Shown in pieces: positions 1-9,395 of a stretch of 58,071 nucleotides of DNA (its first letter is position 1; each line of letters opens with the position of its first letter). The notes under the pieces are model-generated. The model did no database searches. It worked only from the letters and a program-made list of their open reading frames with translations, and was not told where the DNA came from. The position numbers were made by a program, and so were the translations under genes. The DNA is from an uncultured Oscillospiraceae bacterium (lineage in GTDB: Bacteria > Bacillota > Clostridia > Oscillospirales > Oscillospiraceae), in contig CAZAIF010000001.1 of NCBI GenBank assembly GCA_964485125.1, positions 1 through 58,071 of the forward strand, written 5' to 3'.

Positions 1-238
1 ATGGCCGGGGGTCATAAGAAAGCAGTATGCCGGAATCGCCAGCAGCTGTGCGTTGCTAGGCTTAGACAACAACTCCCGGCTTGCCAGCTTCTTCAGAAAT
101 GGAAACCATTGCAAGGTACACCCCCATGCGGTTAGAGCAAATAGGAGGAGTTGTTTTGTGATAACTGGAGAATTAAGCGGATCAGACAGAGGAACTTTCT
201 CTCTTTCTGTCAAAGCTTGATTTGCAAGAAATAAATCA

Positions 239-267
239 TTGACATTGCAAAAATAAAGGAGTAATAT
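239..267 (+). promoter_or_regulatory. sigma-A-type promoter for the amino-acid ABC transporter operon
   Basis: TTGACA 239-244, 17-nt spacer, TAATAT 262-267, read directly. Confidence 0.55.
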
Positions 268-327
268 GTGCCCAGAAGGAAAAAGAGCAATAAAAATGAA
301 TTTTTAGAATTGTATAAATTGCATTTT

Positions 328-376
328 TGACAAAGGCGTTGGGATGTTTTCAATCCGACGCCTTTGTCATTTTATG
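328..376 (+). terminator. terminator-like hairpin in the 5' leader (possible attenuator)
   Basis: 12-bp stem TGACAAAGGCGT (328-339) / ACGCCTTTGTCA (358-369) followed by TTTTAT; lies about 35 nt before the start codon at 404. Confidence 0.45.
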
Positions 377-403
377 AAACAAGCGTGAAAGAGGGAATGC
401 CAG

Positions 404-1174
404 ATGCAGTCGCCAAGCAATTTTTTTGAATGGATTATTTTCCTGATCCAGCAATACCACAACTCCTATCTCCAGGGACTGATTACCACACTGGAGACCT
501 CCCTCACGGGTACCCTGTTGGGGTGCTGTCTGGGATTCCTGACAGGGATCGTTCAGTCGGTGAACGTGCGGAAGGAGACTAAACTCATAAAAAGAGTTCT
601 GCTGATGATTCCTCGAGGCATTGTCAAAATCTATGTCACGGTGTTCCGCGGGACCCCCATGATTGTTCAGGCTATGCTGGTTTACTACGGCTTTGCCCAG
701 TATTGCGGCATCAATATCGGCTCTTTTCAGGCGGCCATCCTGATCATTACGCTGAATACCGGTGCCTATATGGCGGAGACCGTGCGGGGCGGAATCAACT
801 CCATCGATCCTGGACAGGTGGAGGGAGCCCAGGCACTTGGTATGAATTACTGCACCATGATGCTGCATATTATCCTGCCTCAAACCATTCGAATCATCGC
901 GCCTCAGTTAGGCAATACCTTTGTGTCCAATATCAAGGATACCTCGGTGCTGAACGTCATCGCCGTTACCGAGCTGTTCTATGTTACCAATGCGGTGGCG
1001 GGCACTTATTTCCGTATGTTTGAAGCGTTTACGATCACTGCGCTGATCTATCTAACGCTGACCATTGTATTCAACTTCCTGTTGAGGCTTCTGGAGTCCT
1101 ATTTGGCAGGCAGAAGCGATTATGAAATTATTTCCATCGAACAACTGACGGCGGCTCAGGAAAAGAAGGAGTGA
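404..1174 (+). CDS. amino-acid ABC transporter permease (His/Glu/Gln/Arg family)
   Basis: 256 aa, multi-TM; EAA-like loop '...NTGAYMAETVRGGINSIDPGQVEGAQALGM'; followed by ATPase and binding protein. Confidence 0.9.
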   Translation: MQSPSNFFEWIIFLIQQYHNSYLQGLITTLETSLTGTLLGCCLGFLTGIVQSVNVRKETKLIKRVLLMIPRGIVKIYVTVFRGTPMIVQAMLVYYGFAQYCGINIGSFQAAILIITLNTGAYMAETVRGGINSIDPGQVEGAQALGMNYCTMMLHIILPQTIRIIAPQLGNTFVSNIKDTSVLNVIAVTELFYVTNAVAGTYFRMFEAFTITALIYLTLTIVFNFLLRLLESYLAGRSDYEIISIEQLTAAQEKKE

Positions 1175-1180
1175 TCTGAC

Positions 1181-1957
1181 ATGGAAAAGGAGACAAGAAC
1201 ACGGGCTGAGATCCCTTATGATGGCCCAGTGATCGGGCTTCGGAACCTGAAGAAACGCTTTGGCGACCACCTGGTGCTAGAGGATGTCTCTTTTGACTTG
1301 AACCAGGGGGATGTAGTTTCGGTGATCGGATCGTCCGGATCGGGAAAATCCACCCTTCTGAGGTGCATTAACCGGCTGGAGGTTCCGACCTCAGGTCAGG
1401 TTCTCTATCACGGAGAAGAGATTCCATCCGGCACGGCAGCATTAAATCGATTTCGTGCTAAGGTGGGAATGGTGTTCCAAAACTTTAACCTGTTCAATAA
1501 TATGACGGTGATGGAGAACTGCATGGCGGGGGTTCGGCTGGTCAAGCATGTGGACAAGGATGAGGCCGCTGAGATCTGCATGCGGTATCTGACCAAGGTG
1601 GGGATGGCGCCATACAGAAAGGCGAAGCCGCATCAGCTTTCCGGAGGAATGAAGCAGCGGGTAGCCATTGCCCGGGCTCTGGCCATGGAGCCGGAAGTGA
1701 TCCTCTTTGACGAGCCCACCTCTGCTTTGGATCCGGAGATGGTTGGGGAAGTGCTTCAGGTCATGAATACTTTGGTCGCAGAGGGGCTGACGATGATTAT
1801 TGTTACCCACGAGATGGCCTTTGCCCGAGATGTCTCCACCCGAACCATTTTTATGGATAATGGGTATATTGTGGAGGAGGGTTCGCCAGAGCAGCTGTTC
1901 AACGATCCGATCCAGGAGAGAACCCGTATGTTTTTGTCCCGGTTCATCTCAGGCTGA
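1181..1957 (+). CDS. amino-acid ABC transporter ATP-binding protein (GlnQ-like)
   Basis: Walker [10 protein letters not shown], signature LSGGMKQR, Walker [13 protein letters not shown]-loop VTHEM. Confidence 0.93.
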   Translation: MEKETRTRAEIPYDGPVIGLRNLKKRFGDHLVLEDVSFDLNQGDVVSVIGSSGSGKSTLLRCINRLEVPTSGQVLYHGEEIPSGTAALNRFRAKVGMVFQNFNLFNNMTVMENCMAGVRLVKHVDKDEAAEICMRYLTKVGMAPYRKAKPHQLSGGMKQRVAIARALAMEPEVILFDEPTSALDPEMVGEVLQVMNTLVAEGLTMIIVTHEMAFARDVSTRTIFMDNGYIVEEGSPEQLFNDPIQERTRMFLSRFISG

Positions 1958-1999
1958 GAGCGCACATTCCGCGCCGGACGATAAGAAAAGGAGGACATT

Positions 2000-2842
2000 A
2001 TGAAGAAGATCATTGCCTTAATGCTGAGTTTCGCTTTTGTGCTTACCCTGACCGCCTGTTCCAGCACATCCGGCCAAGAATCGGACGAAGAGAAGCGGGA
2101 AGTGCTTCGGGTTGCCATGTCCGCCGATTACGCACCCTTTGACTGGATTCAGGAGGACGACTCCAATGGGGCGGTGCTCACCACCAACGGATCGTACATG
2201 AACGGCTATGATGTGCTCATCGCCCAACTGATTGCAGATGAGCTGGACATGGATCTGGAGATTACGCAGATTGACTGGGACGGCCTGATTATGTCCGTCA
2301 CCTCGGATCGGGTAGACTGTGCCATCGCAGGAATGAGCATCACCAGTGAGCGAGCTCAGTCAGTGGATTTCACAGATCCCTATTACAATGCGGATATCGT
2401 GGCCGTGGTCAGCGGGGACAGTGTCTACGCTTCGGCCACGAACCTGACGGATCTTGAGGGCGGAGTGTTTACCTCTGCGTTGAATACGGTTTGGTACGAT
2501 GTGCTGGATCAGATCACAGAATTTGCCACCAAGGGCACGGCCCTGGATACCTTTGCTGCCATGGTTTCCGCCGTGAATGCGGGCATCATCGACGGATTCA
2601 CCTGTGACTATCCCTCCGCACTCTCTCTGCAAATCACGAACCCCGATTTGGTGATTCTGGACTTTGCCGATGGAGACGGTTTTGAGGTCAGCTCCGAGGA
2701 AACTGATTTGGGCATCGCCTGTCAGCAGGGCAGCGATCTGGTGGAGAAAATCAACGCGATTTTGGCAGAACTAAGTCAGGAGGAGCGGGATGCGCTGATG
2801 GATCAGGCAGTGGAAGCCCAGCCTGCCTCGGTGCTCTCCTGA
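2000..2842 (+). CDS. ABC transporter substrate-binding lipoprotein (family 3, amino acid)
   Basis: Signal peptide plus lipobox LTLTAC; operon context with permease and ATPase. Confidence 0.85.
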   Translation: MKKIIALMLSFAFVLTLTACSSTSGQESDEEKREVLRVAMSADYAPFDWIQEDDSNGAVLTTNGSYMNGYDVLIAQLIADELDMDLEITQIDWDGLIMSVTSDRVDCAIAGMSITSERAQSVDFTDPYYNADIVAVVSGDSVYASATNLTDLEGGVFTSALNTVWYDVLDQITEFATKGTALDTFAAMVSAVNAGIIDGFTCDYPSALSLQITNPDLVILDFADGDGFEVSSEETDLGIACQQGSDLVEKINAILAELSQEERDALMDQAVEAQPASVLS

Positions 2843-2942
2843 GCGGAATCCAAACACTGAAGCAGAGCGGTGCGCAGAGGGCGGAAAGCCGGTGCATTGC
2901 CCTGGTCGGAACTCTCAGCGCGAGCCGCGAGCAAAGAGGGGA

Positions 2943-4316
2943 ATGATCCATATCAAGTCCGTGGAAAGAAATTTTGGGAAATATGTCTTATCTTCCATGG
3001 TCACCATGTTTTTGCAGAGTGCCTATTCTATTGTAGACGGCCTGTTTGTCAGCAATTTGATCGGCGATACTGCATTGTCTGCCATCAATGTGGCCTGGCC
3101 CATCATTGCCGTTATCACTGCTATTGGAACGGGAATCGGATGCGGCGGTGCAGTTATCATGTCCACCCAGCAAGGGGCCGGCCATCAGGAGGAATCCAAC
3201 CTGGTTCGAGGCAATGTCATTGTGGCCCTGCTGGCCTCGGGCGTGTTTTGCTCCGGGGTGGCGCTGATTGTGCTGAAGCCGGTGCTGCGGCTAATGGGGG
3301 CGCAGGATGAGCTGCTGCGTTACGCCATTGCCTATGGCCGGATCATGCTGGTCGGCGGAACGGTGCAGGTGCTCTCCTGTGGACTGACTCCTTTGCTGCG
3401 CAACAACAACCGGGCTGTCACGGCCATGATGATTATGATCGGCGGTCTGTTGTGCAACCTGGGGCTGGATTTTATCTTTATGGCGATCTTTCAGTGGGGA
3501 ATCGAAGGAGCCGCCGCCGCATCCCTGTGCGCACAGTTCTTTACCGTAATTGCCTGCCTGACCATTTTGGCGGGCAAACGGGAGGATCCGCTCCGGCCTG
3601 GACAGCTGCGGCCGCGCCGCAGATTTTGGCTGCGTATTTTTTTCAATGCAATCTCTCCCTTTGGAATTTCCCTGACCCCGTCCCTTCTCATTCTCTATCA
3701 CAATGTGGCGTGTATGAGCTCCGGCAGCGATTTGGCGGTAAACGCATATGCCCTGATCACCTCCACCGTAGGCTCCTATCGGATTTTGCTCATCGGAGTA
3801 GCGGACGGCATCCAGCCTCTGGCCAGCTATGCCAACGGCGCCCAGGACTACGACGGGCTACGACGGATTCGCAACAAATCCATCCTATGCGCTGTGACCG
3901 TCAGCGTGCTGCTCTTCCTGTTTACCGTATGCACAGCCCGGTTTTATCCCAGCCTGTACGGTTATGTGGGTGAGTCTGCGGAGTTGGGACTCCATGCGGT
4001 GCTGCTTACCTCGGCTCAGCTCATTTTCACCGGCCTGGTTCGGGTAACAAATTCCTTTTTCTATGCTGTGGGAAAGATCAACTACTCCCTGTTCATGATC
4101 TACTTTGACCCACTGGTGTCAACGCCTCTTATGCTGGTGATTCTACCCCGGCTATGGGGTCTGGACGGAATCTGGCTGACTGCCGTGGTGACTCAGCTGA
4201 TGCTCAACATCGTGGCGGTCTGGATGTTCTTTCGGTATAGCCGGCAGTTGCGCAGGACAGAACAAATACAGCGGCAGAAAATTCAGTATCAGAAAAGGAG
4301 TGTAGCGCACAAATGA
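2943..4316 (+). CDS. MATE family efflux transporter
   Basis: Start moved to ATG 2943 (MIHIKS...); N-terminus 'FGKYVLSSMVTMFLQSAYSIVDGLFVSNLIGDTALSAINVAWP' is typical of MATE; about 12 TM segments. Confidence 0.85.
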   Translation: MIHIKSVERNFGKYVLSSMVTMFLQSAYSIVDGLFVSNLIGDTALSAINVAWPIIAVITAIGTGIGCGGAVIMSTQQGAGHQEESNLVRGNVIVALLASGVFCSGVALIVLKPVLRLMGAQDELLRYAIAYGRIMLVGGTVQVLSCGLTPLLRNNNRAVTAMMIMIGGLLCNLGLDFIFMAIFQWGIEGAAAASLCAQFFTVIACLTILAGKREDPLRPGQLRPRRRFWLRIFFNAISPFGISLTPSLLILYHNVACMSSGSDLAVNAYALITSTVGSYRILLIGVADGIQPLASYANGAQDYDGLRRIRNKSILCAVTVSVLLFLFTVCTARFYPSLYGYVGESAELGLHAVLLTSAQLIFTGLVRVTNSFFYAVGKINYSLFMIYFDPLVSTPLMLVILPRLWGLDGIWLTAVVTQLMLNIVAVWMFFRYSRQLRRTEQIQRQKIQYQKRSVAHK

Positions 4317-5323
4317 ACATTGTCGTGATAGAGGAGAATATTGCCCAGCCGGACATCACCACCGGGGAGCTGACCCGGAGATGGGAGCGGCTCAAGAGCC
4401 TTCCGGGTGTCGGCGAGGTGCGGATCGTGGCTCCGGAGCGCTATCCATCTGTGGCAGAGTTGAGCAATCTGTCTGCCGGCGCCGATGCCCTGTTTGGGGT
4501 TTGGATCGGGTCGGATCTGATGAACGCTAAATTCCTGTCGGATCATCCAAAGCTGCGGTATATCGCGACCCTGGGACACGGCTGGGAACCCTTTGACGTA
4601 GAGCTGACCCGGCGGCACGGATTGACTATCTCCAACACCATCTATGGCGGGCAGACCATCGCGGAATATGCTTTTGCCCTTTTGATGGAGGTGTGCCACC
4701 ATGTGTCTGTCCATGACCGCCGGGTGAAGACGCTGGATTGGAGCCGGCCGGAGAACCGGGAGGAATTTTGCCTGGCGGTCACCCCGCAGATTGAGTTGTT
4801 CGGCAAGACTATGGGGATTGTTGGGCTGGGGGAGATCGGATACGCCATGGCCCGGATGGCATATGGTTTCGGAATGCACGTGGTGGCGCACAGTGTTCAT
4901 AGGAAGCAGGGAGAGAAATATCGGTTTGTAGAGCAGACCGACAGCCTGGATGAGCTGCTGGAGCGCAGCGACGTTATCTCTCTGCATATGCCCCATACGC
5001 CTGCCACTGAGCGCATAATCGATGGTCGGGCCATCGAAAAAATGAAGGACGGAGTCATCCTCATCAATACCGCACGGGGGGCGCTGCTGGACGAGCAGGC
5101 GCTGGCCGAAGCTCTGTACACTGGTAAGGTTCGGGCTGCCGGACTGGACGTGCTGACGGAGGAGCCGCCCCGGCACGGGTCGCCTCTTCTGTCCGCGCCC
5201 AATATAATGATCACGGGACATATCGCCTGGCTAACCCGTGAAGCCCGCCTTCGGGCCATCGACATGTCCATTGACAACTTTGCGGCTTACTTGGAGGGCA
5301 AGCCCTGCTCCAGGATCAATTGA
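4313..5323 (+). CDS. D-isomer-specific 2-hydroxyacid dehydrogenase family protein
   Basis: NAD-binding 'GIVGLGEIGYAMARMA', catalytic region 'LINTARGALLDEQAL...AGLDV...EP', 'ITGHIAW'. Confidence 0.85.
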   Translation: MNIVVIEENIAQPDITTGELTRRWERLKSLPGVGEVRIVAPERYPSVAELSNLSAGADALFGVWIGSDLMNAKFLSDHPKLRYIATLGHGWEPFDVELTRRHGLTISNTIYGGQTIAEYAFALLMEVCHHVSVHDRRVKTLDWSRPENREEFCLAVTPQIELFGKTMGIVGLGEIGYAMARMAYGFGMHVVAHSVHRKQGEKYRFVEQTDSLDELLERSDVISLHMPHTPATERIIDGRAIEKMKDGVILINTARGALLDEQALAEALYTGKVRAAGLDVLTEEPPRHGSPLLSAPNIMITGHIAWLTREARLRAIDMSIDNFAAYLEGKPCSRIN

Positions 5324-5372
5324 TGCAGAATGGCACACGTTCTAAAATACTGTAGAGAAAGAGGAAATTCCA

Positions 5373-6467
5373 GTGAAAATCAAAGAATTATTACGTAGGA
5401 GCATTCAGGAGAAGCCTACCAGCAAACGGGGGGCGCGGCAAAAGACCTCAACGCCCAAAGGGGTTACCCGGATGAACCTAAATGAGAACGCCTATGGTAT
5501 GTCCGACCGAGTCAAGCAGGTTCTGTTGGAAAATCTGGCGGACAATTATATGTATCAGGATTTTTATGCGGTGGAGATTCGAAAGAAGCTGGCCTCCCGT
5601 TACGGGCTCACACCGGATCATATCCTCGTCGGTTCCGGTTCCAGCGCGGTGATCGATATGCTGGGCGAGGTGTTCATCAACTACGGCGATGAGATCGTTT
5701 ACTGCGCTCCCTCTTATGAGGCGTTTCCCGACATGATCAGCGACAATGGAGGGGTACGGGTGGAAGTTCCGCTGACCAAGGACTATAAATTTGATCTGGA
5801 CAAGATGCTGGACGCCATTACGGATCGAACCAAGATGGTCATTGTAGTCAATCCAAACAATCCCACCGGGTCGTATGTCCCCTCCGCGCGAGTGGAGGAG
5901 TTTGTGCGCAAGCTTCCCGCCCATGTCCTGGCCGTAGTGGACGAGGCATACTTTGAATATGTGGACGCTCCCGGGCATTATAGCCTGATTGACATGGTGC
6001 GGTCGGGCTACGACAAACCGCTGATTGTCCTGCGCACCTTTTCAAAAATCTATGGCTTAGCAGGGTTGCGTATCGGCTACGCGGCGGCGGATCCGGTTAT
6101 CATCGACGAGATGATGAAGGCGTGCCAGGCCTGGAACGTCAGCCGCATCGCCACCCTTGCCGCCGAAATCGCCCTGGATGATGAGGACTACGTCCAGACG
6201 ATTAAGCAGCTCAACATCAAAAACCGCACCATAGTCAGTCAGGGTTTGAGAGAGCTGGGCTGCTTTGTGGTCGAACCTGCGGGCAACTTCATCTATTTTG
6301 ATTCGCACAGGGATGCTAAAGCTGTGGCACAAAAGCTAGCGGAGCGGAAAATCCTGATCGGAGCGCCGGATACCTTTAACCGTGTGACCGTTGGCAGAGA
6401 GGAGCAGAACGAGGCGTTTCTCATCGCAATGAAGGAAGTGTTAATGGAGCTTCCACTCAGGTCGTAA
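5373..6467 (+). CDS. histidinol-phosphate aminotransferase family (class II PLP) protein
   Basis: 'MNLNENAYG', 'NPNNPTG', 'VVDEAYFEY', 'RTFSKIYGLAGLRIGY' (PLP lysine motif); GTG start. Confidence 0.82.
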   Translation: MKIKELLRRSIQEKPTSKRGARQKTSTPKGVTRMNLNENAYGMSDRVKQVLLENLADNYMYQDFYAVEIRKKLASRYGLTPDHILVGSGSSAVIDMLGEVFINYGDEIVYCAPSYEAFPDMISDNGGVRVEVPLTKDYKFDLDKMLDAITDRTKMVIVVNPNNPTGSYVPSARVEEFVRKLPAHVLAVVDEAYFEYVDAPGHYSLIDMVRSGYDKPLIVLRTFSKIYGLAGLRIGYAAADPVIIDEMMKACQAWNVSRIATLAAEIALDDEDYVQTIKQLNIKNRTIVSQGLRELGCFVVEPAGNFIYFDSHRDAKAVAQKLAERKILIGAPDTFNRVTVGREEQNEAFLIAMKEVLMELPLRS

Positions 6468-6503
6468 GGCAGCAAAAAATTACTAAAAAAAGGAGTGCCC
6501 TGT

Positions 6504-7106
6504 ATGGAACATTGCTATATCAACATCAACCGGCAGTTTGGAAGCCTGGGTCGCCCCATCGCCATCAAACTGGCGGAAATACTCCAGATCGAGTATTATG
6601 ACCGGGACATCGTGGAAGAAACGGCCAAGAAGATGAACATTCCCCTCTCTCAGGCCAGTGACCAGGATGAGAGCGTGGCGTCCAAGTTCGGCCACATGCT
6701 TTTTCCCCTGGGCAGTGGCAGCAGTGAAAGTCAAGAGAAAATGTTTGACGTCCAGACTCAAATTATCCAAAACCTGGCGGCCAAAGGATCCGCAATTTTT
6801 GTGGGTCGCTGCGCAGATTATATTCTTCAGAACTATAATTGCCTCAATGTGTTTATCTATGCGCCCAAGGCCAAGCGCTATCTGAACTGTGTCAACTCCC
6901 TGGGGATGAGTCCCACGGAGGCGAAACAGATGATTGAAAAGGTGGACAAGTCGCGAAATCGCTACTGGATGAAATATGCCAAGCATCTACCGTCTGATCC
7001 GGAGCACGCCCATGTGATGCTGGACAGCAGCCTGTTCGGTGTGTCAGGAACCGCAGAGTTGCTGGCCACCATTGTAAGGGAACACTTTTTCAACGAGAAT
7101 CTGTAG
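6504..7106 (+). CDS. cytidylate kinase-like family protein
   Basis: 'ININRQFGSLGRPIAIKLAEILQIEYYDRDIVEE'; start set at ATG 6504, 8 nt after AAAGGAG. Confidence 0.7.
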   Translation: MEHCYININRQFGSLGRPIAIKLAEILQIEYYDRDIVEETAKKMNIPLSQASDQDESVASKFGHMLFPLGSGSSESQEKMFDVQTQIIQNLAAKGSAIFVGRCADYILQNYNCLNVFIYAPKAKRYLNCVNSLGMSPTEAKQMIEKVDKSRNRYWMKYAKHLPSDPEHAHVMLDSSLFGVSGTAELLATIVREHFFNENL

Positions 7107-7144
7107 AACAGATACACGGCGGAGCGCCGCTGGAAACTGGGACA

Positions 7145-7419
7145 GTGGGGCGACACAGCGGAGGAGGCGACACCGTGAAGGCGAAGAAGATTTTCCTGCG
7201 CTGGCTGCTTCCGGCGGCCCTGGCGGCGGGGGTGCCGTTGATCTGCGCCATGGGCCCCGGGGACTTCACCGGCAACGGTCATTTCATCGTGGTCACCGGC
7301 TATGACGGGGAGGGCTTCTCCATCCGTGATCCCAACAGCCCCAGCGCAGCGCCAGGACCTGGAGCTTCGAGGAGCTCAGCGGCCGGATCATGAACCTCTG
7401 GGCTTTCTCGGCGATGTAA
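7145..7419 (+). pseudogene. truncated, frameshifted remnant of a C39-like cysteine peptidase domain protein
   Basis: Only a C-terminal-like piece is present: 'PLICAMGPGDFTGNGHFIVVTGYDGEGFSIRDPNS'. The reading then switches frame to '...SARTWSFEELSGRIMNLWAFSAM*' (stop 7417-7419). There is no N-terminal part and no RBS. Confidence 0.55.
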
Positions 7420-7749
7420 TTAAATGGAAACCATGTAAACGGCGTGCAGCGCACGGGGAACTTTTCCCTGTGCGCCGCGCCGTCTATCTGCACAAAAGAT
7501 TCCGGATGAAGGGGACAAAACTATGAAAAAGATCTGATTTTGTTCAAAAAAGACTGAACTGAGTTGTATCAATAATTATATTCTACTATACAGTAAAAGT
7601 ATGTTATTTTTGACGATTAATGTTTTAAATTTCTGTGAATAGAATGCGTTAAACCGGTTTTTTTTCGAAAAAGTTAGAAATTTTTCTTCACATCATGTAA
7701 CATTGTACAAAACGGCCTGACTAATAGGTATAAAAACTGTACATTTTTC

Positions 7750-7778
7750 TTGCAATTACCACCGGGAGGGGTTATAAT
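7750..7778 (+). promoter_or_regulatory. promoter of the sugar ABC transporter operon
   Basis: TTGCAA 7750-7755, 17-nt spacer, TATAAT 7773-7778. Confidence 0.6.
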
Positions 7779-7835
7779 AAACCCATTCCACAAACTGCTT
7801 TTAGCAAGAAGCATTGAAAGGGAAAAAGGGGGTGC

Positions 7836-9395
7836 TTGAGCTTGAGTAAAGGCGATACGTTTATCGAGCTCAAAGACATTGTCAAGCTGTTCCCCGGCGT
7901 GCGGGCGCTGGACGGTGTCTCTTTCGACATTCGAGAGGGCGAGGTTCATTCTCTGTGCGGCGAGAACGGCGCTGGCAAATCGACACTGATCAAGGTGATG
8001 ACCGGCGTCCACCAGCGGGACGGGGGCGATTACCTGATCGACGGAATGTCCGTCAACTTCAGCTCCACCACGGAGGGCATCGCCGCCGGCGTGTCCTGCG
8101 TGTATCAGGAGTTGTCCATCGCGCCGCAGCTGGACGTGGCCCAGAACCTGTTCATCGGCAACCTGCCCATGAAGGGCGGCCTGGTGGATCACAAGACCCT
8201 GTATGCCAAGACGGCGGAGATTCTGAAAGAGCTGGACATGAACATCTCGCCCCGGACCATCGCCGGCGACCTGTCCGTGGGCCAGCAGCAGATGATCGAG
8301 ATCGGCCGGGCCCTGACCCGGAACGCCCGGGTCATCATCATGGACGAACCCACCTCGTCCCTGTCCGAGGCGGAGACCGAGACCCTGTTCAACGTGATCC
8401 GCAAGCTGGTGGACCGGAACATCTCCATCATCTACATCAGCCACAAGCTGGACGAGGTCATGTTCCTCTCCGACCGGATCACTGTCATCCGGGACGGCAA
8501 GAACATCATCAGCAAGTCCAAGAGTGAGTTTACCCAGGATGAGCTGATCGCCAACATGATCGGCCGCCCCCTGGAGAACCTCTACCTGAAGGAGCCCGCC
8601 GAGATCACTACCCCCATGCTGGAGGTCAAGCACCTGACCCGCAAGGGCGTCTTCCAGGACGTCTCCTTCACCGTCCGCAAGGGCGAGGTCGTGGGCTTCT
8701 TCGGCCTGGTGGGCGCCGGCCGCAGCGAGATCATGCGGGCGGTCTTCGGCGTCGATAAGTATGACTCCGGCGAGGTGCTGGTGGACGGCAGGAAGCTCCG
8801 GGGCGGCAATCCCGCCTCCGCCATCTCCGCCGGCATCGGCTTCTGCACCGAGGACCGGAAGAAGGAGGGGTTGGCCCTGCGGCTGACCATCCTGCTGAAC
8901 ATGACTCTGGTGCGGATGCCCCTGCTCAGCAAGCTGGGCGTCATCCAGCGCAAGGCCCAGCGCTCCGCTGCCGACGAGTACATGAAATCCATCTCCATCA
9001 AGGCCCCCTCGGTCAACCAGCTGGTGGGCAACCTCTCCGGCGGCAACCAGCAGAAGGTGGTTGTGGCCAAATGGCTGATGATGAACCCCAAGGTGCTCAT
9101 CGTGGATGAGCCCACCCGGGGCATTGACGTGGGCTCCAAGGCGGAGATCTACGGCCTGCTCAGTGATCTGGCCAAGCAGGGGATGGCCATCGTCGTGGTC
9201 TCCTCCGAGATCGAGGAAATTATGGGCATCTGCGACAGCGTGGTCACCATTTTCGAGGGCAAAAAGACCGCCCAGCTGGACATCACCCCGGCCCTGACCC
9301 GGGAGGAAGTGCTGGCCAACGCCCTGGGCGGCAATTTCCACGCGGACTTCCACGAGGAATTGGGAGCGAGAAAGGAGGCGGAGGAGCATGTCTGA
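7836..9395 (+). CDS. sugar ABC transporter ATP-binding protein (duplicated ABC domains, RbsA/MglA type)
   Basis: Two cassettes: GENGAGKST ... LSVGQQQM ... IIMDEPTS, and GLVGAGRSE ... LSGGNQQK ... LIVDEPTRGID. Confidence 0.92.
   Translation: MSLSKGDTFIELKDIVKLFPGVRALDGVSFDIREGEVHSLCGENGAGKSTLIKVMTGVHQRDGGDYLIDGMSVNFSSTTEGIAAGVSCVYQELSIAPQLDVAQNLFIGNLPMKGGLVDHKTLYAKTAEILKELDMNISPRTIAGDLSVGQQQMIEIGRALTRNARVIIMDEPTSSLSEAETETLFNVIRKLVDRNISIIYISHKLDEVMFLSDRITVIRDGKNIISKSKSEFTQDELIANMIGRPLENLYLKEPAEITTPMLEVKHLTRKGVFQDVSFTVRKGEVVGFFGLVGAGRSEIMRAVFGVDKYDSGEVLVDGRKLRGGNPASAISAGIGFCTEDRKKEGLALRLTILLNMTLVRMPLLSKLGVIQRKAQRSAADEYMKSISIKAPSVNQLVGNLSGGNQQKVVVAKWLMMNPKVLIVDEPTRGIDVGSKAEIYGLLSDLAKQGMAIVVVSSEIEEIMGICDSVVTIFEGKKTAQLDITPALTREEVLANALGGNFHADFHEELGARKEAEEHV

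Noticed and set aside
1-238. Possible partial gene at the left window edge
   Set aside because: One minus-strand frame stays open to the edge ('...FALTAWGCTLQWFPFLKKLASRELL...') but has no convincing start or RBS, weak codon bias and nothing recognisable. That is insufficient support for a call.
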